The notes: a model not told the origin generated them from the letters alone. DNA of 64,000 nucleotides from an uncultured delta proteobacterium (GCA_963803435.1 CAWDML010000009.1:160001-224000); one strand, 5' to 3'. Counted from the stretch's first letter, positions 20,741 through 31,202 are shown. Made by a program: numbers and translations.

Positions 20741-20832
20741 TCGATTCTCCATTCGACAGGGGAGAGCCACCGGCCGGCCCGGGGTTGCACGCCTTGACAC
20801 CGGGACCCTGATGCTGCGATGCAAAATAACCG

Positions 20833-22005
20833 TTGGTTTCGGATTGCCCAAGGGTTCTCGTCTGTGGGCTCGCGTGCTGCGCCGCCGTTGTCCTCCCCGA
20901 GGTGGCCGCCGCCGACTGGCAGACCGAGACCATCGCCGAGATGCAGGTCCACCTGTACGTGCCGTCGACCCCGGGCCCCGTCGGGGCGGGGCGGGCGCTG
21001 CTGATCGCGCTCCACGGCTGTACGCAGAGCCCGGACGCCCTCCGCGATCGCGGTCAGCTCGAGGGACCGTCCGAGCGTCACGGTGCGGTGATCGCGCTCC
21101 CGGCCGTGCCCAACGGCGGGGTGATCGCCGGCTGCTGGGACTACTACGGCGCCAATCACACCGTCGACAGCCGTCATGATCGGTACCTCATCGCGCTCGC
21201 GGATGCGCTGGCCGCCGACGATGCCCTGGGGATCGATCCCAACCAGATCTATCTCATCGGTCTCTCCTCGGGCGGCGGTGAAGCGGCGGTGATGGCATGT
21301 CTCGCGCCGGACCGGTTCGCCGGCATCGGCATCAATGCGGGGCCTCCGGTCGGCACCAGCGTGACCCAGGCGAGCGTCGTCTCCACCGATCGCGACACCG
21401 CGGTGGGCGTCTGTCGGGACCTCGCCGGGCCGCGCGCCGCCGGCTTCGAGACCCAGCTCACCACCGTGATCGCGGGATCGAACGACTTCGTGGTGGCGCA
21501 AGGGTACGCGCCGCTGAACGCCGAGATCATGGCTGAGATTTATCGCGGCGGCGGGGCGGCCTTGACCGTCGCGCCCCTTACGGTCTCGCCCGGGGGCGAG
21601 GGGATGATTCGGTCGGACGCGCTCGGCCCGCGGGTCTCGGAGCTGATCGTCCAGGGCATGGGTCACGCCTTCCCGGCCGGCGAGGGCGACGGGCTCGAGA
21701 CCAACTTCGTGGCGCAGAAGGGTGTCGCCTGGCCGGAGTATGTGCTCGGCTTCTTCGAGGCGAACAACCGCCGCCTCGGCGGACCCTTCCCGCAGGCGGA
21801 CGGCGGCGTCGTGGCCGACGGCAGCGTTCCGCTCGACGCCGGCGTCCCCCCGGATGGCTCGATCTCTCAGACGCCGGATTCCGGCGCTCTCAGCCCGCCT
21901 GTGCCGGATCCCGGTTGCTCCTGCAGGACCGTGCCCGCGGTCGAGGGCGTGCCGTTCTCTCTGTTGTTGGCCCTGCTCGGGTTGCGGCGGCGCAAGAGAG
22001 GTTGA
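20833..22005 (+). CDS. extracellular PHB-depolymerase family esterase with a MYXO-CTERM-like tail
   Basis: LHGCTQ, GCWDY, GLSSGG nucleophile elbow, GMGHAFP; C-terminus GCSC...LLGLRRRKRG. Confidence 0.85.
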   Translation: MVSDCPRVLVCGLACCAAVVLPEVAAADWQTETIAEMQVHLYVPSTPGPVGAGRALLIALHGCTQSPDALRDRGQLEGPSERHGAVIALPAVPNGGVIAGCWDYYGANHTVDSRHDRYLIALADALAADDALGIDPNQIYLIGLSSGGGEAAVMACLAPDRFAGIGINAGPPVGTSVTQASVVSTDRDTAVGVCRDLAGPRAAGFETQLTTVIAGSNDFVVAQGYAPLNAEIMAEIYRGGGAALTVAPLTVSPGGEGMIRSDALGPRVSELIVQGMGHAFPAGEGDGLETNFVAQKGVAWPEYVLGFFEANNRRLGGPFPQADGGVVADGSVPLDAGVPPDGSISQTPDSGALSPPVPDPGCSCRTVPAVEGVPFSLLLALLGLRRRKRG

Positions 22006-22008
22006 CGC

Positions 22009-22920
22009 TTGCTGGTCATCCAGACGCGCCGGCGCCTCGTGTCGTACGAGACGTTCGGCGCCGGTCGGACCCCGGTGCTCCTGATCCACGGAAACTTCGC
22101 GTCGCCGAGGTGGTGGCGGCCGCTCGGGCGCGTGCTGCCGGGCGGCCTTCTCGCGCGCGCGCCGGCGTTGCCAGGCTTTGCCGGGACACCGCTCGGATTC
22201 GAGAAGGTCACGATGCAAGCGCTGGCGGAGGACACCGCCGAGTTCGCGACGGCGACCGGGATGGAGCGGTTCCACGTGGTGGCGCACTCGCTCGGGACCG
22301 CCGTGGCCATGGAGCTCGCACGGGCGGCGCCCGATCGGGTCGCGAGCCTGATCCTGCTCGCACCGGTACCGGCTGGCGGGATGTCCGAGCTGATCGACGG
22401 TGCGCGTGCGCCGCCCACGCTGCGCGCCTTCGATCCGCGGCGTCCGTTCGCGGGGGCCGCGCTTCACCTGGCCAGCACGGTCGCGCAAGCGCTGGGTGTC
22501 CACCGATCGATCCTGGAGCGGACGTTGGTGGACATGGCGCCACGCCTACGCGCGGATCCGATGCTGCCCGGCTTGGTCGACGACGCGGCGGCGATGAGCC
22601 CGCGGGCCATCGTCGAGATGTTCGAGGCGCTCACCCGCTTCGATCTGCGCGCGACGCTCCACGAGGTCAGGGCCCCGACCCTGGTGATCGCCGGCGAGGC
22701 CGATCCGCTGATCCCGCTCCGCCACGCCCGCGCCCTGGCGGCGCGCCTCCCGCGAGCACACCTCACGTCGTACCCCGCGGTCGCCCACGGGTTGCCCATC
22801 GAGGCGCCCGAGGCCGTCGCCCGGAGCCTGGGCCACTTCGTCCGCTTCGGGCGCTGGTGGGTGGTGGCGCGCCGCTGGTTTGTGCTCCGCAATATGACCG
22901 ATGTTGACTCACCGGCCTGA
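22009..22920 (+). CDS. alpha/beta hydrolase
   Basis: LLIHG, AHSLG, GEADPLIP, AHGLP. Confidence 0.85.
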   Translation: MLVIQTRRRLVSYETFGAGRTPVLLIHGNFASPRWWRPLGRVLPGGLLARAPALPGFAGTPLGFEKVTMQALAEDTAEFATATGMERFHVVAHSLGTAVAMELARAAPDRVASLILLAPVPAGGMSELIDGARAPPTLRAFDPRRPFAGAALHLASTVAQALGVHRSILERTLVDMAPRLRADPMLPGLVDDAAAMSPRAIVEMFEALTRFDLRATLHEVRAPTLVIAGEADPLIPLRHARALAARLPRAHLTSYPAVAHGLPIEAPEAVARSLGHFVRFGRWWVVARRWFVLRNMTDVDSPA

Positions 22921-22943
22921 AGGGGCCTAGGTTGGCGCGGTCT

Positions 22944-23610
22944 ATGTTGCGTCGCAAAATGTTGTTGTTGCTCTGCGTCGCCGGATCCGCCGGCTGCCGG
23001 AATCGACGATCTCACCCTCTACGCGGACGGCGGCGGGCCGAGGACGCCGGCGAAGGAGGCGGACGCGGGCGCGGTGGACCGAGCTGCGCTCCGAAACGAG
23101 AGCCAAGTGCTGGCGTTCCTCGACGGGCACACGCTCGTGATGGACCCGGACGACGTCCCCTCCCATCCGAACGGCTACGACGCGAACGTGAACTTCGGCC
23201 AGGCGACGCAGTGCATCCACCGCGTGGTCATGACGGTCGCGGCCGGCAACTTCCGCCTGGTCACCGAGCTGGGGACGCTCCGCGACGCACCGCAGACCGA
23301 GGACGTGGGCGAGTGCGATCGCTCGACCCCGGACGGGCAGGTCTTCAGCTTCGACAGCACCGCGGCGCGCATCGAGAACGTGCGCGACGACGGGGCCTGC
23401 TTCGACATCACGCTGACCTACGCGGGCTTCGGCCAGGAAGGCCGGGGCGGCTTCTCGGACGATCGCTCGACGCTCTTCCTCGAGCTGTTCTTCCGTGATC
23501 AGGCGGTCGGCGACCGCTGTGCGGACGGCGACGTCGGCGATCGCACCATCACCCTCAACCAAGAGCCGTTCACCGGTGACGCCGTCCAGGCGTACCGGAT
23601 CGAGGAGTAG
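22944..23610 (+). CDS. hypothetical lipoprotein, frameshift at 23000-23004
   Basis: Signal peptide/lipobox LLLLCVAGSAGC. Removing one A in GAATC puts it in frame with ORF 23074..23610. Confidence 0.7.
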
Positions 23611-23613
23611 GCC

Positions 23614-25290
23614 ATGCATCGGAGCCTGTTCGCCGCGCTGATCCTGTGGACCGCGTCCGGCTGCATCCCCGGAAACATCTGGGTGATCGAAGGCGACGAC
23701 GCGCCGCCCGACGGCGGCCGCACGACCGGGTCGCAGCTCGACGCCGGCAGCCCCGCCAACGCTGACGCTGCCGCCGGGGTCGACGGGAGCACGCCCGAGC
23801 TCGACGCCGGCGCCGAGGACGGCGGACTGATCCCCGGTGAGGACGCGGGCGTGGTCGACGGTTCGACGCCGCCTCCGCCGCCTCCGCCTCCGCCCTCCGG
23901 AGGCGGCTACGCGCACGCCTCGGAGCAGGCGAGCGCCCTCGCCGAGGTCCTCGACCTGACCGGTCACTACGGTGTCGCCTCCACGGGCGGACAGCTGATC
24001 GCGTCCAACGCGCAGGGTGGCTCGGGCCTGCCCCGCGAGACACCGGTCTCCTCGTCGGCCAGCGTCCAGATCCCCGCGGGCGCAACCGTCCGTTACGCGC
24101 TGTTCTGGTACACGGGCGTCATCTTCATGAAGCCGCACGACCTCGGCGAGGGCGACTACACCGCCGACGTGGGCGGCCCGCTCGACGACGCGAGCCAGGT
24201 CGCCGCCAACGGCATCACCTTCTCGATCGGCGGACAGTCGATGGGGCCGTTCGACCCGACGGCGCGCCTGCCGCCGAATCCGTCGACGCTCGGCTCCGAG
24301 TCCACCATCTCGCCACGGTCGTACGCGCCCTCGTTCGGGACGCTCACGGGCGTGAAGGAGAGCGTCTGGGGCAACCGGCTCGACGTCACCGGCTTGTTCG
24401 CCGGCAAGAGCGGCGCGGTCGACATCGCGGTCAACCCGCCCGAGCGGATGGACGTCAACGGCAACGACGCCTCGCACAACGGCGGCAATCCGGCCGGCAA
24501 CACCACCTACAACCTGTGCTCGAGCGGCGGGTCCTGGTCGCTGCTCGTCGTCTACGAGAAGAGCGATCTTCCGGAGACCAACCTGGTGCTGATGGACGGC
24601 GCCTGGGCCCGCGCGTGGGACTACATCTTCTTCCACTCGGGTGAGTGGGTGCGCCCGAAGATCCGCATCGATCACGCGCCGCTGCACGCCGGCGCGCGCT
24701 TCTTGATCTACGCCGGCAGCGGTGCGCCCTCGGGCGGCCCCATCCCGACGAACCCCGCCTGCAGCTGCGGCTGCGGAGGCTCGTACACGCTCAAGAACAC
24801 GGCCGGGCCGTACGGACGGAACAACTACTTCTCGGACACGCACGTCGACCCGGCACCCGCCGCCAACGATCCGATCCACCGCGATCGCACGAACGGCCCC
24901 TGGTACCTCCACTCGACCAATCTCACCGCCAAGGCAGGCAACGACTGGACGCTGTTCCAGTCGGGCGCGATCGAGACCGAGTTCCCGAACCTGTTCGAGG
25001 GGGAGCAGGCGCCCACCGCCGACTCGACGCAGCCGGTCACCGACGAAGACAATCCGGATCCCGCGGCCGACACCTACGGCGGTCATCCCTGGAGCGGCCG
25101 CGGTGAGGTCACGTACCTCGCGCACGGTAACGCGCTCTCGGTCGTGGAGGTCGTTCCGGACGCATCGAAGCTGAGCCTCGGATCGACGACCTCGTACCTG
25201 TACTTCAAGGGCGACCAGAAGGACGTCTGGAAGCCGCAGGCCGTGGTCAGCGTGAAGTGGATCCTCTTCGCGACACCGACGGGGGGCTGA
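23614..25290 (+). CDS. secreted lipoprotein of unknown function
   Basis: TASGC lipobox, DAG/Pro-rich linker, then a globular domain (IPAGATVRYALFWY, GGSWSLLVVY). Confidence 0.75.
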   Translation: MHRSLFAALILWTASGCIPGNIWVIEGDDAPPDGGRTTGSQLDAGSPANADAAAGVDGSTPELDAGAEDGGLIPGEDAGVVDGSTPPPPPPPPPSGGGYAHASEQASALAEVLDLTGHYGVASTGGQLIASNAQGGSGLPRETPVSSSASVQIPAGATVRYALFWYTGVIFMKPHDLGEGDYTADVGGPLDDASQVAANGITFSIGGQSMGPFDPTARLPPNPSTLGSESTISPRSYAPSFGTLTGVKESVWGNRLDVTGLFAGKSGAVDIAVNPPERMDVNGNDASHNGGNPAGNTTYNLCSSGGSWSLLVVYEKSDLPETNLVLMDGAWARAWDYIFFHSGEWVRPKIRIDHAPLHAGARFLIYAGSGAPSGGPIPTNPACSCGCGGSYTLKNTAGPYGRNNYFSDTHVDPAPAANDPIHRDRTNGPWYLHSTNLTAKAGNDWTLFQSGAIETEFPNLFEGEQAPTADSTQPVTDEDNPDPAADTYGGHPWSGRGEVTYLAHGNALSVVEVVPDASKLSLGSTTSYLYFKGDQKDVWKPQAVVSVKWILFATPTGG

Positions 25291-25294
25291 GAGG

Positions 25295-25684
25295 ATGAAG
25301 CCGGGAGACAGCGTCGAGGTCCGGCGCACGTTCACCCAGGAGGACTTCGATCGGTTCGCGCGGCTCAGCGGTGACGACAACCCGATCCACGTCGACGCCG
25401 AGTTCGCCCGGACGACGCGCTTCGGTCGGACCCTCTGCCATGGGATGCTGCTGTTCTCCGCGGCCAGCGCGGTCATCCGCAACCGGTTCCCCGGCCCGGG
25501 CACCCGGATCGTCGACCAGTCGCTCAAGTTTCCCGGGCCGACCTTCGCCGGCGACGAGTGCCGCATCCGCATCCAGGTGCTGTCGATCTCGAGCGACGGC
25601 AAACACGCCGGCCTCTCTGCGGTCATCGACAAGGACGACGGCACCACGTGCCTGGAAGGTCACACGGAGGTGCTGCTGCCATGA
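25295..25684 (+). CDS. MaoC/PhaJ-type (R)-enoyl-CoA hydratase
   Basis: FARLSGDDNPIHVD hydratase motif, CHGML, FPGPGT. Confidence 0.9.
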   Translation: MKPGDSVEVRRTFTQEDFDRFARLSGDDNPIHVDAEFARTTRFGRTLCHGMLLFSAASAVIRNRFPGPGTRIVDQSLKFPGPTFAGDECRIRIQVLSISSDGKHAGLSAVIDKDDGTTCLEGHTEVLLP

Positions 25685-26049
25685 AGCCCTACGCGCTCGG
25701 ACAGTCCGCCTCCCGGCGCCGGACGTTCTCGGACGAGGACTTGGAGCGATACCGCGATCTCACCGGTGATCGCATCGAGGTCGGCGTGGTACCCGGTCCG
25801 CTGATCGGCGGCCTGTTCTCCGATCTGCTCGGTACCGAGCTGCCCGGGGCCGGCACCAACTGGATGAAGCAGCACCTCCGATTCGTGGGGACCCCGCAGG
25901 TCGGCACCGAGCTCATCGCCACGGTCGAGATCATCCGTCTTCGGCCCGACAAGGACCTGCTCAACCTCCGGACGCTCTGCATCGACCTCTTCGGCCGCCT
26001 CATCTGCGACGGTGAAGCCCTGGTGATGGCCCGGGAGATGCGGGCTTGA
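25681..26049 (+). CDS. second hot-dog-fold (MaoC-like) protein lacking the catalytic motif
   Basis: LLGTELPGAGT...QHLRF, CDGEALV. The DxNxxH segment is absent. 4-bp overlap with the upstream gene. Confidence 0.75.
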   Translation: MKPYALGQSASRRRTFSDEDLERYRDLTGDRIEVGVVPGPLIGGLFSDLLGTELPGAGTNWMKQHLRFVGTPQVGTELIATVEIIRLRPDKDLLNLRTLCIDLFGRLICDGEALVMAREMRA

Positions 26050-26168
26050 ACCGGAGCGTCGGCTGGCCGGCTGACCGCCCGGCGAAGACCGCATCGCACG
26101 GACGCGGGGACGTCGGTCGTGCATCCGATGGCTTGGCCGCGCTTCGAGACTGAAATCAGCAGGTGCGA

Positions 26169-28142
26169 ATGGTGAGGTCATGGCTGGTCCTCTCGCTCTT
26201 GATCGGCGCGTGCGACTGCGGCGAGGGCAAGCAGCTCACGAAGCGCCACGCCGAGGCGGAGGTCGATCCTCAATCGATCGACTTCGGGGACGTGACCGTG
26301 GGGTCCACCGAGCTTCGCGCGGTGGGCGTGCGGAACATCGGTGACTACGCGCTCCAGATCGAGAACGTACGGATCTCGCAACCCGAGGCCTTCAGCATCG
26401 CCCAGAAGCTCCCGGAGCTGCTCGAGGCCGGCGCGCAGGCCACGCTCGGGATCGAGTTCGCGCCGCCGTCCGCCGGGCCCTGGGAGGGGACGATCAACAT
26501 CGAGACGGACGACACGATCGGGACGCACGAGGTGACGGTTCGAGGAAACGGCGTGGTGGCCCCGGCTGCTTGCCAGCTCACCGTGACGCCTGCGGCCGTC
26601 CAGTATCCTCCGGTCCAGATCGGGGCCTCGTCGGATCAGGAGGTCCTGATCTCCAACGCCTCTGCGGGCGAATGCAACGTCTCGCGACTCGAGATCGCCG
26701 GGGACGGCGCCGCCGACTTCAGCCTCCTCGCCGCCAACCCGGGCGCGCTCGCACCGGGCGCCAGCGCGACGATCGGCGTCCGGTTCGTTCGGTCGACGGC
26801 GGCCGATCCAGGCGCGACCTTCCTCGAGATCGAGTCGGACGATCCCACGAACATGCTCCGCCGGATCCCGCTCCTGGTGGGTGAGCAACGCCCGGGTCTG
26901 TGCGTGATGCCGACGGCCATCCACTTCGGCGTGATCTCGGGCTCCGCTACCCGTGACATCACCGCGACCGCGTGCGGTGATCACGACGTCAGCCTCACCG
27001 CGCTCGACTTCACCACGGCGAACCCGGAGATCTCGATGACCGGCGCGCCCACGCTGCCGCTGGTGATCCCGATCGGCACGAGCCGAACGATCACGATCCA
27101 GTACGCGCCCACGGATCAGACCGACGACCGCGCGATCCTCACGATCCGCTCCGACGACGCGCTGGTGCCGAGCGTCGATGTCGAGATCACGGGAAGCCCG
27201 GACATCGTGCCTCCCGACGTGGGCCGCTTCCTCTATTACTGGCAGATCGACGCGGCCTCTTCCTCCAACATCGTGCGCATTCCGCTCCAGGGCGGCGGCG
27301 CTGCCCAGAACTACTGGGGCCAGAGCACGGGGCAGACCGGCTGCCCCGGCTGTCACCAGGTCTCCCGCGACGGCCGCTACGTGGCGGTCGTCGAGTTCGA
27401 CATCTTCCAGACGCTCTACGTGATCGACACCATGACGGACACCAAGATCACTCTGCCGCTCCAGCTGCTCCTGGGCAGCTCCTTCTCGTGGCGGCCCGAC
27501 GTCGGCGGCTCCCCGCCGTACCAGTACGTCGTCGGCGTGAACGGCGACCTTCGCCTGGGATCGATCGGCGGCGGCTACCTGGGCCCGCTCACCGGCGCGA
27601 GCGACCCGAGCGTCGACGAAGCCATGCCGGCCTGGGGTCCCGACGGCAAGATCGTCTTCGTGCGCGGTCAGGGCGATGCCAACTTCCCCGGCTTCGGCTT
27701 CCAGGGCCCCACCGATCTCATGTCGGTGCCGGAGACCGGCGGTACCGCCACTCCGCTCGCCGGTGCCAGTGGGAACGGCTACGGCAACTACTACCCCGCC
27801 TACTCGCCCAGCGGCCGCTGGATCTCGTTCACCCAGAGCCGCGCCGGCGGCTCCACCTACGCCGCCGCCGACGCCCAGGTCCGCCTGGCCTCCGCGGACG
27901 GCCTGGGCACCGTGCTCGACCTCCCGATCATCAACGGCAACAACGGCGCCACCAGCTTCCCCACCTGGAGCCGCGACGGCACGTACCTGTCGATCAGCAG
28001 CAACCGCACCGGCGGCGTCGGGGACTGGGACATCTACATCGCGCCGATCGACGAGGCGACGGGCATGGAGCTGGGCGCGCCGACGAACCTCACGACGGCG
28101 AACACGCCCGGCTTCGAGCACGCGGCCCAGTGGTCGCCGTGA
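26169..28142 (+). CDS. lipoprotein with three ASH/choice-of-anchor-D Ig domains and a TolB-like (PD40) propeller
   Basis: IGAC lipobox; IDFGDV/VQYPPV/IHFGV repeats; CPGCH; PAWGPDG, PAYSPSG, PTWSRDG, SSNRTGG. Confidence 0.8.
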   Translation: MVRSWLVLSLLIGACDCGEGKQLTKRHAEAEVDPQSIDFGDVTVGSTELRAVGVRNIGDYALQIENVRISQPEAFSIAQKLPELLEAGAQATLGIEFAPPSAGPWEGTINIETDDTIGTHEVTVRGNGVVAPAACQLTVTPAAVQYPPVQIGASSDQEVLISNASAGECNVSRLEIAGDGAADFSLLAANPGALAPGASATIGVRFVRSTAADPGATFLEIESDDPTNMLRRIPLLVGEQRPGLCVMPTAIHFGVISGSATRDITATACGDHDVSLTALDFTTANPEISMTGAPTLPLVIPIGTSRTITIQYAPTDQTDDRAILTIRSDDALVPSVDVEITGSPDIVPPDVGRFLYYWQIDAASSSNIVRIPLQGGGAAQNYWGQSTGQTGCPGCHQVSRDGRYVAVVEFDIFQTLYVIDTMTDTKITLPLQLLLGSSFSWRPDVGGSPPYQYVVGVNGDLRLGSIGGGYLGPLTGASDPSVDEAMPAWGPDGKIVFVRGQGDANFPGFGFQGPTDLMSVPETGGTATPLAGASGNGYGNYYPAYSPSGRWISFTQSRAGGSTYAAADAQVRLASADGLGTVLDLPIINGNNGATSFPTWSRDGTYLSISSNRTGGVGDWDIYIAPIDEATGMELGAPTNLTTANTPGFEHAAQWSP

Positions 28143-28190
28143 GAAGGACGACACGGACTATGAGCGTGTAGCGCGTAAGCGCTCACGCGA

Positions 28191-28227
28191 CCCCGGTCCG
28201 GGTCCCGGTCCCGGTCCGGGTCCCGAT
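28191..28227. repeat. subterminal hexamer array (CCCGGT/CCGGGT)n, mirrored as (GGGACC/CGGACC)n at 29278-29299
   Basis: Read directly. The same arrays occur in copy 2, whose right array is 12 bp longer. Confidence 0.85.
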
Positions 28228-28247
28228 CTGAAGATGGCTGCCTTGAG

Positions 28248-28782
28248 TCAGACGCTCGCGACGGTCGCGAGCTTCGATCGGTAGAGCTTGAGCAGGTTGT
28301 GGGTGAGGCAGACGAGCGTCCACTCGGCTCGTACCTTGAAGAAGGAGCGTAGCGAGAACCGGCGGAATCCTCGTGCCCCTTTGATCTGTCCGAGCGCCGG
28401 TTCGACGATACTCTTCCTGCGGGCGTAGACCGCCTTGCCGTGGCGCGTTTGCAACTTGTCTCGCATTCGCTTTGTGCTTGCTCGCGTTCGCCTGCACGTT
28501 CGAGCCATCAATGTCTTCGTAGGTCGCCCGCGCGATCCTCCGCGACGAATAGATGCCGGTGCAGTAGGCGTACAGAAGCAGCGCGATCATCATTCGAGGC
28601 GAGTACGGTCGCTCGCCTCGCGGGTCCTTGGACTGGATCGAGATCTCGATCGCGCTCAGCTCTACCTCATCGACGACGTCCAAGACGAAGTACGCGAGAT
28701 GATTTTCTGGGAGCCACTCGAGAGGGGACGGCGGGAGCAAGAACGATTGTCTCGGAGTCCAAGAACGGTATTGCTTCGCCAC
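28248..28782 (-). pseudogene. IS1182-family transposase remnant
   Basis: LLPPSPLEWLPENHLAYF, PYSPRMMIALLLYAYCTGIYSSRRI, DGSNVQANASKHKA, YARRKSIVEPALGQIK. Most of the middle is deleted. Confidence 0.9.
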
Positions 28783-28901
28783 GAAACCATGGGATCAAGT
28801 CCAGGCGTCGAAGTCGATCCGCCCAACGATCGATTCCAGACGAAACGACCTCCAAGAACTTCTGCTGGTCAAAGTGGACGAGCTACCGCAAGCTAGCTTG
28901 C

Positions 28902-29270
28902 ATGGTCACTTTCGATCACGAGAAGCTCGAGGTCTACCAGCTCGCCGTCGAGTATGCCGACATCGCTGAAGAGATCGCACAAGAACTGCAACCCGGTCAC
29001 GCTCACGTCCGCGATCAGCTTCGGCGGGCATCCGATTCCATCGTGAACAACACCGCCGAGGGCGCCGGAGAGTTCAATCCACCTGAGAAGGCTCGCTTCT
29101 ACCGGATGGCACTTCGCTCTGGCACCGAAAGCGCCGCCTCACTCCACACCTGCTCGAGGCGCCGACTCCCCAACGAGCAGAAGGTCCAAGCCGCCAGAGC
29201 CAAGCTCAAGCGCGTTGTCGAGAGGCTCACGCGCCTCATCAAGTCGATGAACGCACGCCGGGCTGCATGA
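28902..29270 (+). CDS. four helix bundle protein (23S rRNA IVP / Avd-like family)
   Basis: FDHEKLEVYQLA, DQLRRASDSIVNNTAEG, RFYRMALRSGTE; 122 aa, intact. Confidence 0.9.
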   Translation: MVTFDHEKLEVYQLAVEYADIAEEIAQELQPGHAHVRDQLRRASDSIVNNTAEGAGEFNPPEKARFYRMALRSGTESAASLHTCSRRRLPNEQKVQAARAKLKRVVERLTRLIKSMNARRAA

Positions 29271-29351
29271 TCGCCATCGGGACCGGGACCCGGACCGGGC
29301 TCGCGGTAGCGCTACGCGCTACACGCTCCTAGGAACGATCGGAGGTCCTGG

Positions 29352-31100
29352 TCAGTGCCCGAACGTCAGCGCGATCAAGCACCCCGCGATCGCCAGTGAT
29401 GCGCCCACGAAGATCCCCATCAGCAGCATGCCGGTGGCGCCGGGGGAGAGGTGCGGGCCGACGGTCCTCGGGATCAGGGACGCCAACTGCAGCTTGAAGC
29501 GCGGTGGAAACGGCGTGAGCTCGTGCGAGCGCTCGTCGGGCCGCCTGACGATCCGGGGCTCGATCCGGCGCTGCGGCACGTCTTGGTGGGCGCGGGCCTG
29601 GGCGGTGAACTGATACTCCTGCGGCGGCTCGGCCGGGTCGATGAAGACAGCCTTGGCGGCGGGGACGGGGGCGGCGCGGATGGCGGAGAGGCCGGGCGGG
29701 GGGAGAGGCGGGGGCATGCGACGGCCGCAGGCGTCGTGGGTGGGGATGCCGGTGACGCGCGGTCTGAGCGGATCGGGGAGGTGGGGCGTGTCGGCCGAGT
29801 CCATCGGCTCGCGGGGCGCGACGGGGCGCATGCGGGCGGTGGAGAGGACCGACTTGTTCTTGATCCAACCCTCCTCGAGCTCGACGACGGTCGGCTCGGT
29901 GTCGTCGTCATCCATCGTGAACTTGGGGATGGGGAAGCCGGAGAGGCCGAAACCATCGTCCTTGGGGACGTCGAGGGACTCGGTGAAGAGGTCGCGCACG
30001 TAGAGGCCGAGCTCGACCTGGTCGAGCGGCTCGCGGATGCCGCGCCCGACCGCCTCGAGCACCTCGGCGAACTGGAGCGCGGTGGCGAAGCGATCGCGCG
30101 GGTTGAGGGCGAGGGCGCCGCGGAACGCCGCGCGTAGGCCGCGGATGTTCGGGTGGTTGAGGAGGATGCGGTCGATCGTCTTCTCGCGGTCCTCGGTGAC
30201 GATCGCCAGCAGCGTCTCGGGGACCGAGCTGCGCTCCCAGAGGGGCTCGCCGATCAGCGCCTCCGCCAGGACGACGCCCGCCGAGTAGATGTCGGAGAGG
30301 ACGGTGGCCTGGGCGCCATGGACCTGCTCGGGCGCGACGTAGCGGGCCTTGCCGCGGATCGAGCGCGGGCTAGTGAACTGCGGCGAGCCGGCGACCTTGG
30401 CAATGCCGAAGTCCGTGACCTTGACCTCTCCGAAGAAGCTGACCAGCAGGTTGCCGGGGCTGACGTCGCGGTGGACGATCCCGAGCAGCTTGCCGTGCGC
30501 GTCGCGCATGCTGTGGGCGTAGTGGAGCCCGCGGAGCGCGTGCGCCACCACGAAGAGCGCGATCTTCGGGGGCACGCAACCTCCGTGGGCCTGCCCGGCG
30601 CGCTGGATGACCTGATGGAAGTTGCGCCCGCGCATGTACTCCATGGCGAGGTACGGCTTGCCGCCGATCATCGGGAGATCGAAGACGCGGACGATGTTCG
30701 GATGATCGAGGTTCGACATCAGCCGCGCCTCGCGCATGAAGAGCTGGTAGCTGACGTCGTCCTCGGAGAGCTTGGAGAGCAGGCCCTTCAGCACCACCTT
30801 GCGGGAGAAGCCGTCGTGACCCTCGATCTTGGCCAGTAGGATCTCCCCCATGCCGCCGCGGTGGATCGAGCCGAGGATCGAGTAGCGGTGGGTGTCGTCC
30901 GGCTGCGAGGCGAGGATGAGCGGCTCTTCTCGGGTCTTGTCGATGGTGACCGACTGCTTCCGCCGCTGGCGCCGGCGGCGAGGCGCCGGCTCACCGCCCC
31001 ACTCCCGGGGGTCGAAGGGCCGGACGGCGGGCAGGGTCGGGCCGGGCGTCTCGGCAATCGACGATCGCCGGACGCTCTCAGTATGTTCTCGGCGCGACAT
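29352..31100 (-). CDS. Hanks-type Ser/Thr protein kinase with a C-terminal TM helix
   Basis: RGGMGEI, VVLK, HRDVSPGN, DFGIAK, YVAPE, DIYSAG. Confidence 0.93.
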   Translation of the reverse strand: MSRREHTESVRRSSIAETPGPTLPAVRPFDPREWGGEPAPRRRRQRRKQSVTIDKTREEPLILASQPDDTHRYSILGSIHRGGMGEILLAKIEGHDGFSRKVVLKGLLSKLSEDDVSYQLFMREARLMSNLDHPNIVRVFDLPMIGGKPYLAMEYMRGRNFHQVIQRAGQAHGGCVPPKIALFVVAHALRGLHYAHSMRDAHGKLLGIVHRDVSPGNLLVSFFGEVKVTDFGIAKVAGSPQFTSPRSIRGKARYVAPEQVHGAQATVLSDIYSAGVVLAEALIGEPLWERSSVPETLLAIVTEDREKTIDRILLNHPNIRGLRAAFRGALALNPRDRFATALQFAEVLEAVGRGIREPLDQVELGLYVRDLFTESLDVPKDDGFGLSGFPIPKFTMDDDDTEPTVVELEEGWIKNKSVLSTARMRPVAPREPMDSADTPHLPDPLRPRVTGIPTHDACGRRMPPPLPPPGLSAIRAAPVPAAKAVFIDPAEPPQEYQFTAQARAHQDVPQRRIEPRIVRRPDERSHELTPFPPRFKLQLASLIPRTVGPHLSPGATGMLLMGIFVGASLAIAGCLIALTFGH

Positions 31101-31202
31101 GCCTGTGCCGTCGGGCCATGGGGGCCCAACACAGATTTTCGGCAGAACGTATTCATCGGTGCGCGAATGTACCTAGAACACGCCTAACGTGTGTTGAGGT
31201 AG

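Larger units (their letters stand above)
28162..29328. mobile_element. IS1182-type element copy 1 (1167 bp, internally deleted) carrying a four-helix-bundle passenger gene
   Basis: Terminal inverted repeat GAGCGTGTAGCGCGTA / TACGCGCTACACGCTC; flanks CTAT (28158-61) and CTAG (29329-32); near-identical to 59464-61236 in the shared segments. Confidence 0.88.

Noticed and set aside
28191-28227. CRISPR array
   Set aside because: The repeats here and at 39317-39358 are short tandem units without unique spacers, and there are no cas genes.
28902-29270. Diversity-generating retroelement, suggested by the Avd-like four-helix bundle
   Set aside because: No reverse transcriptase and no TR/VR pair with adenine-specific mismatches in the window; the gene lies inside IS TIRs.
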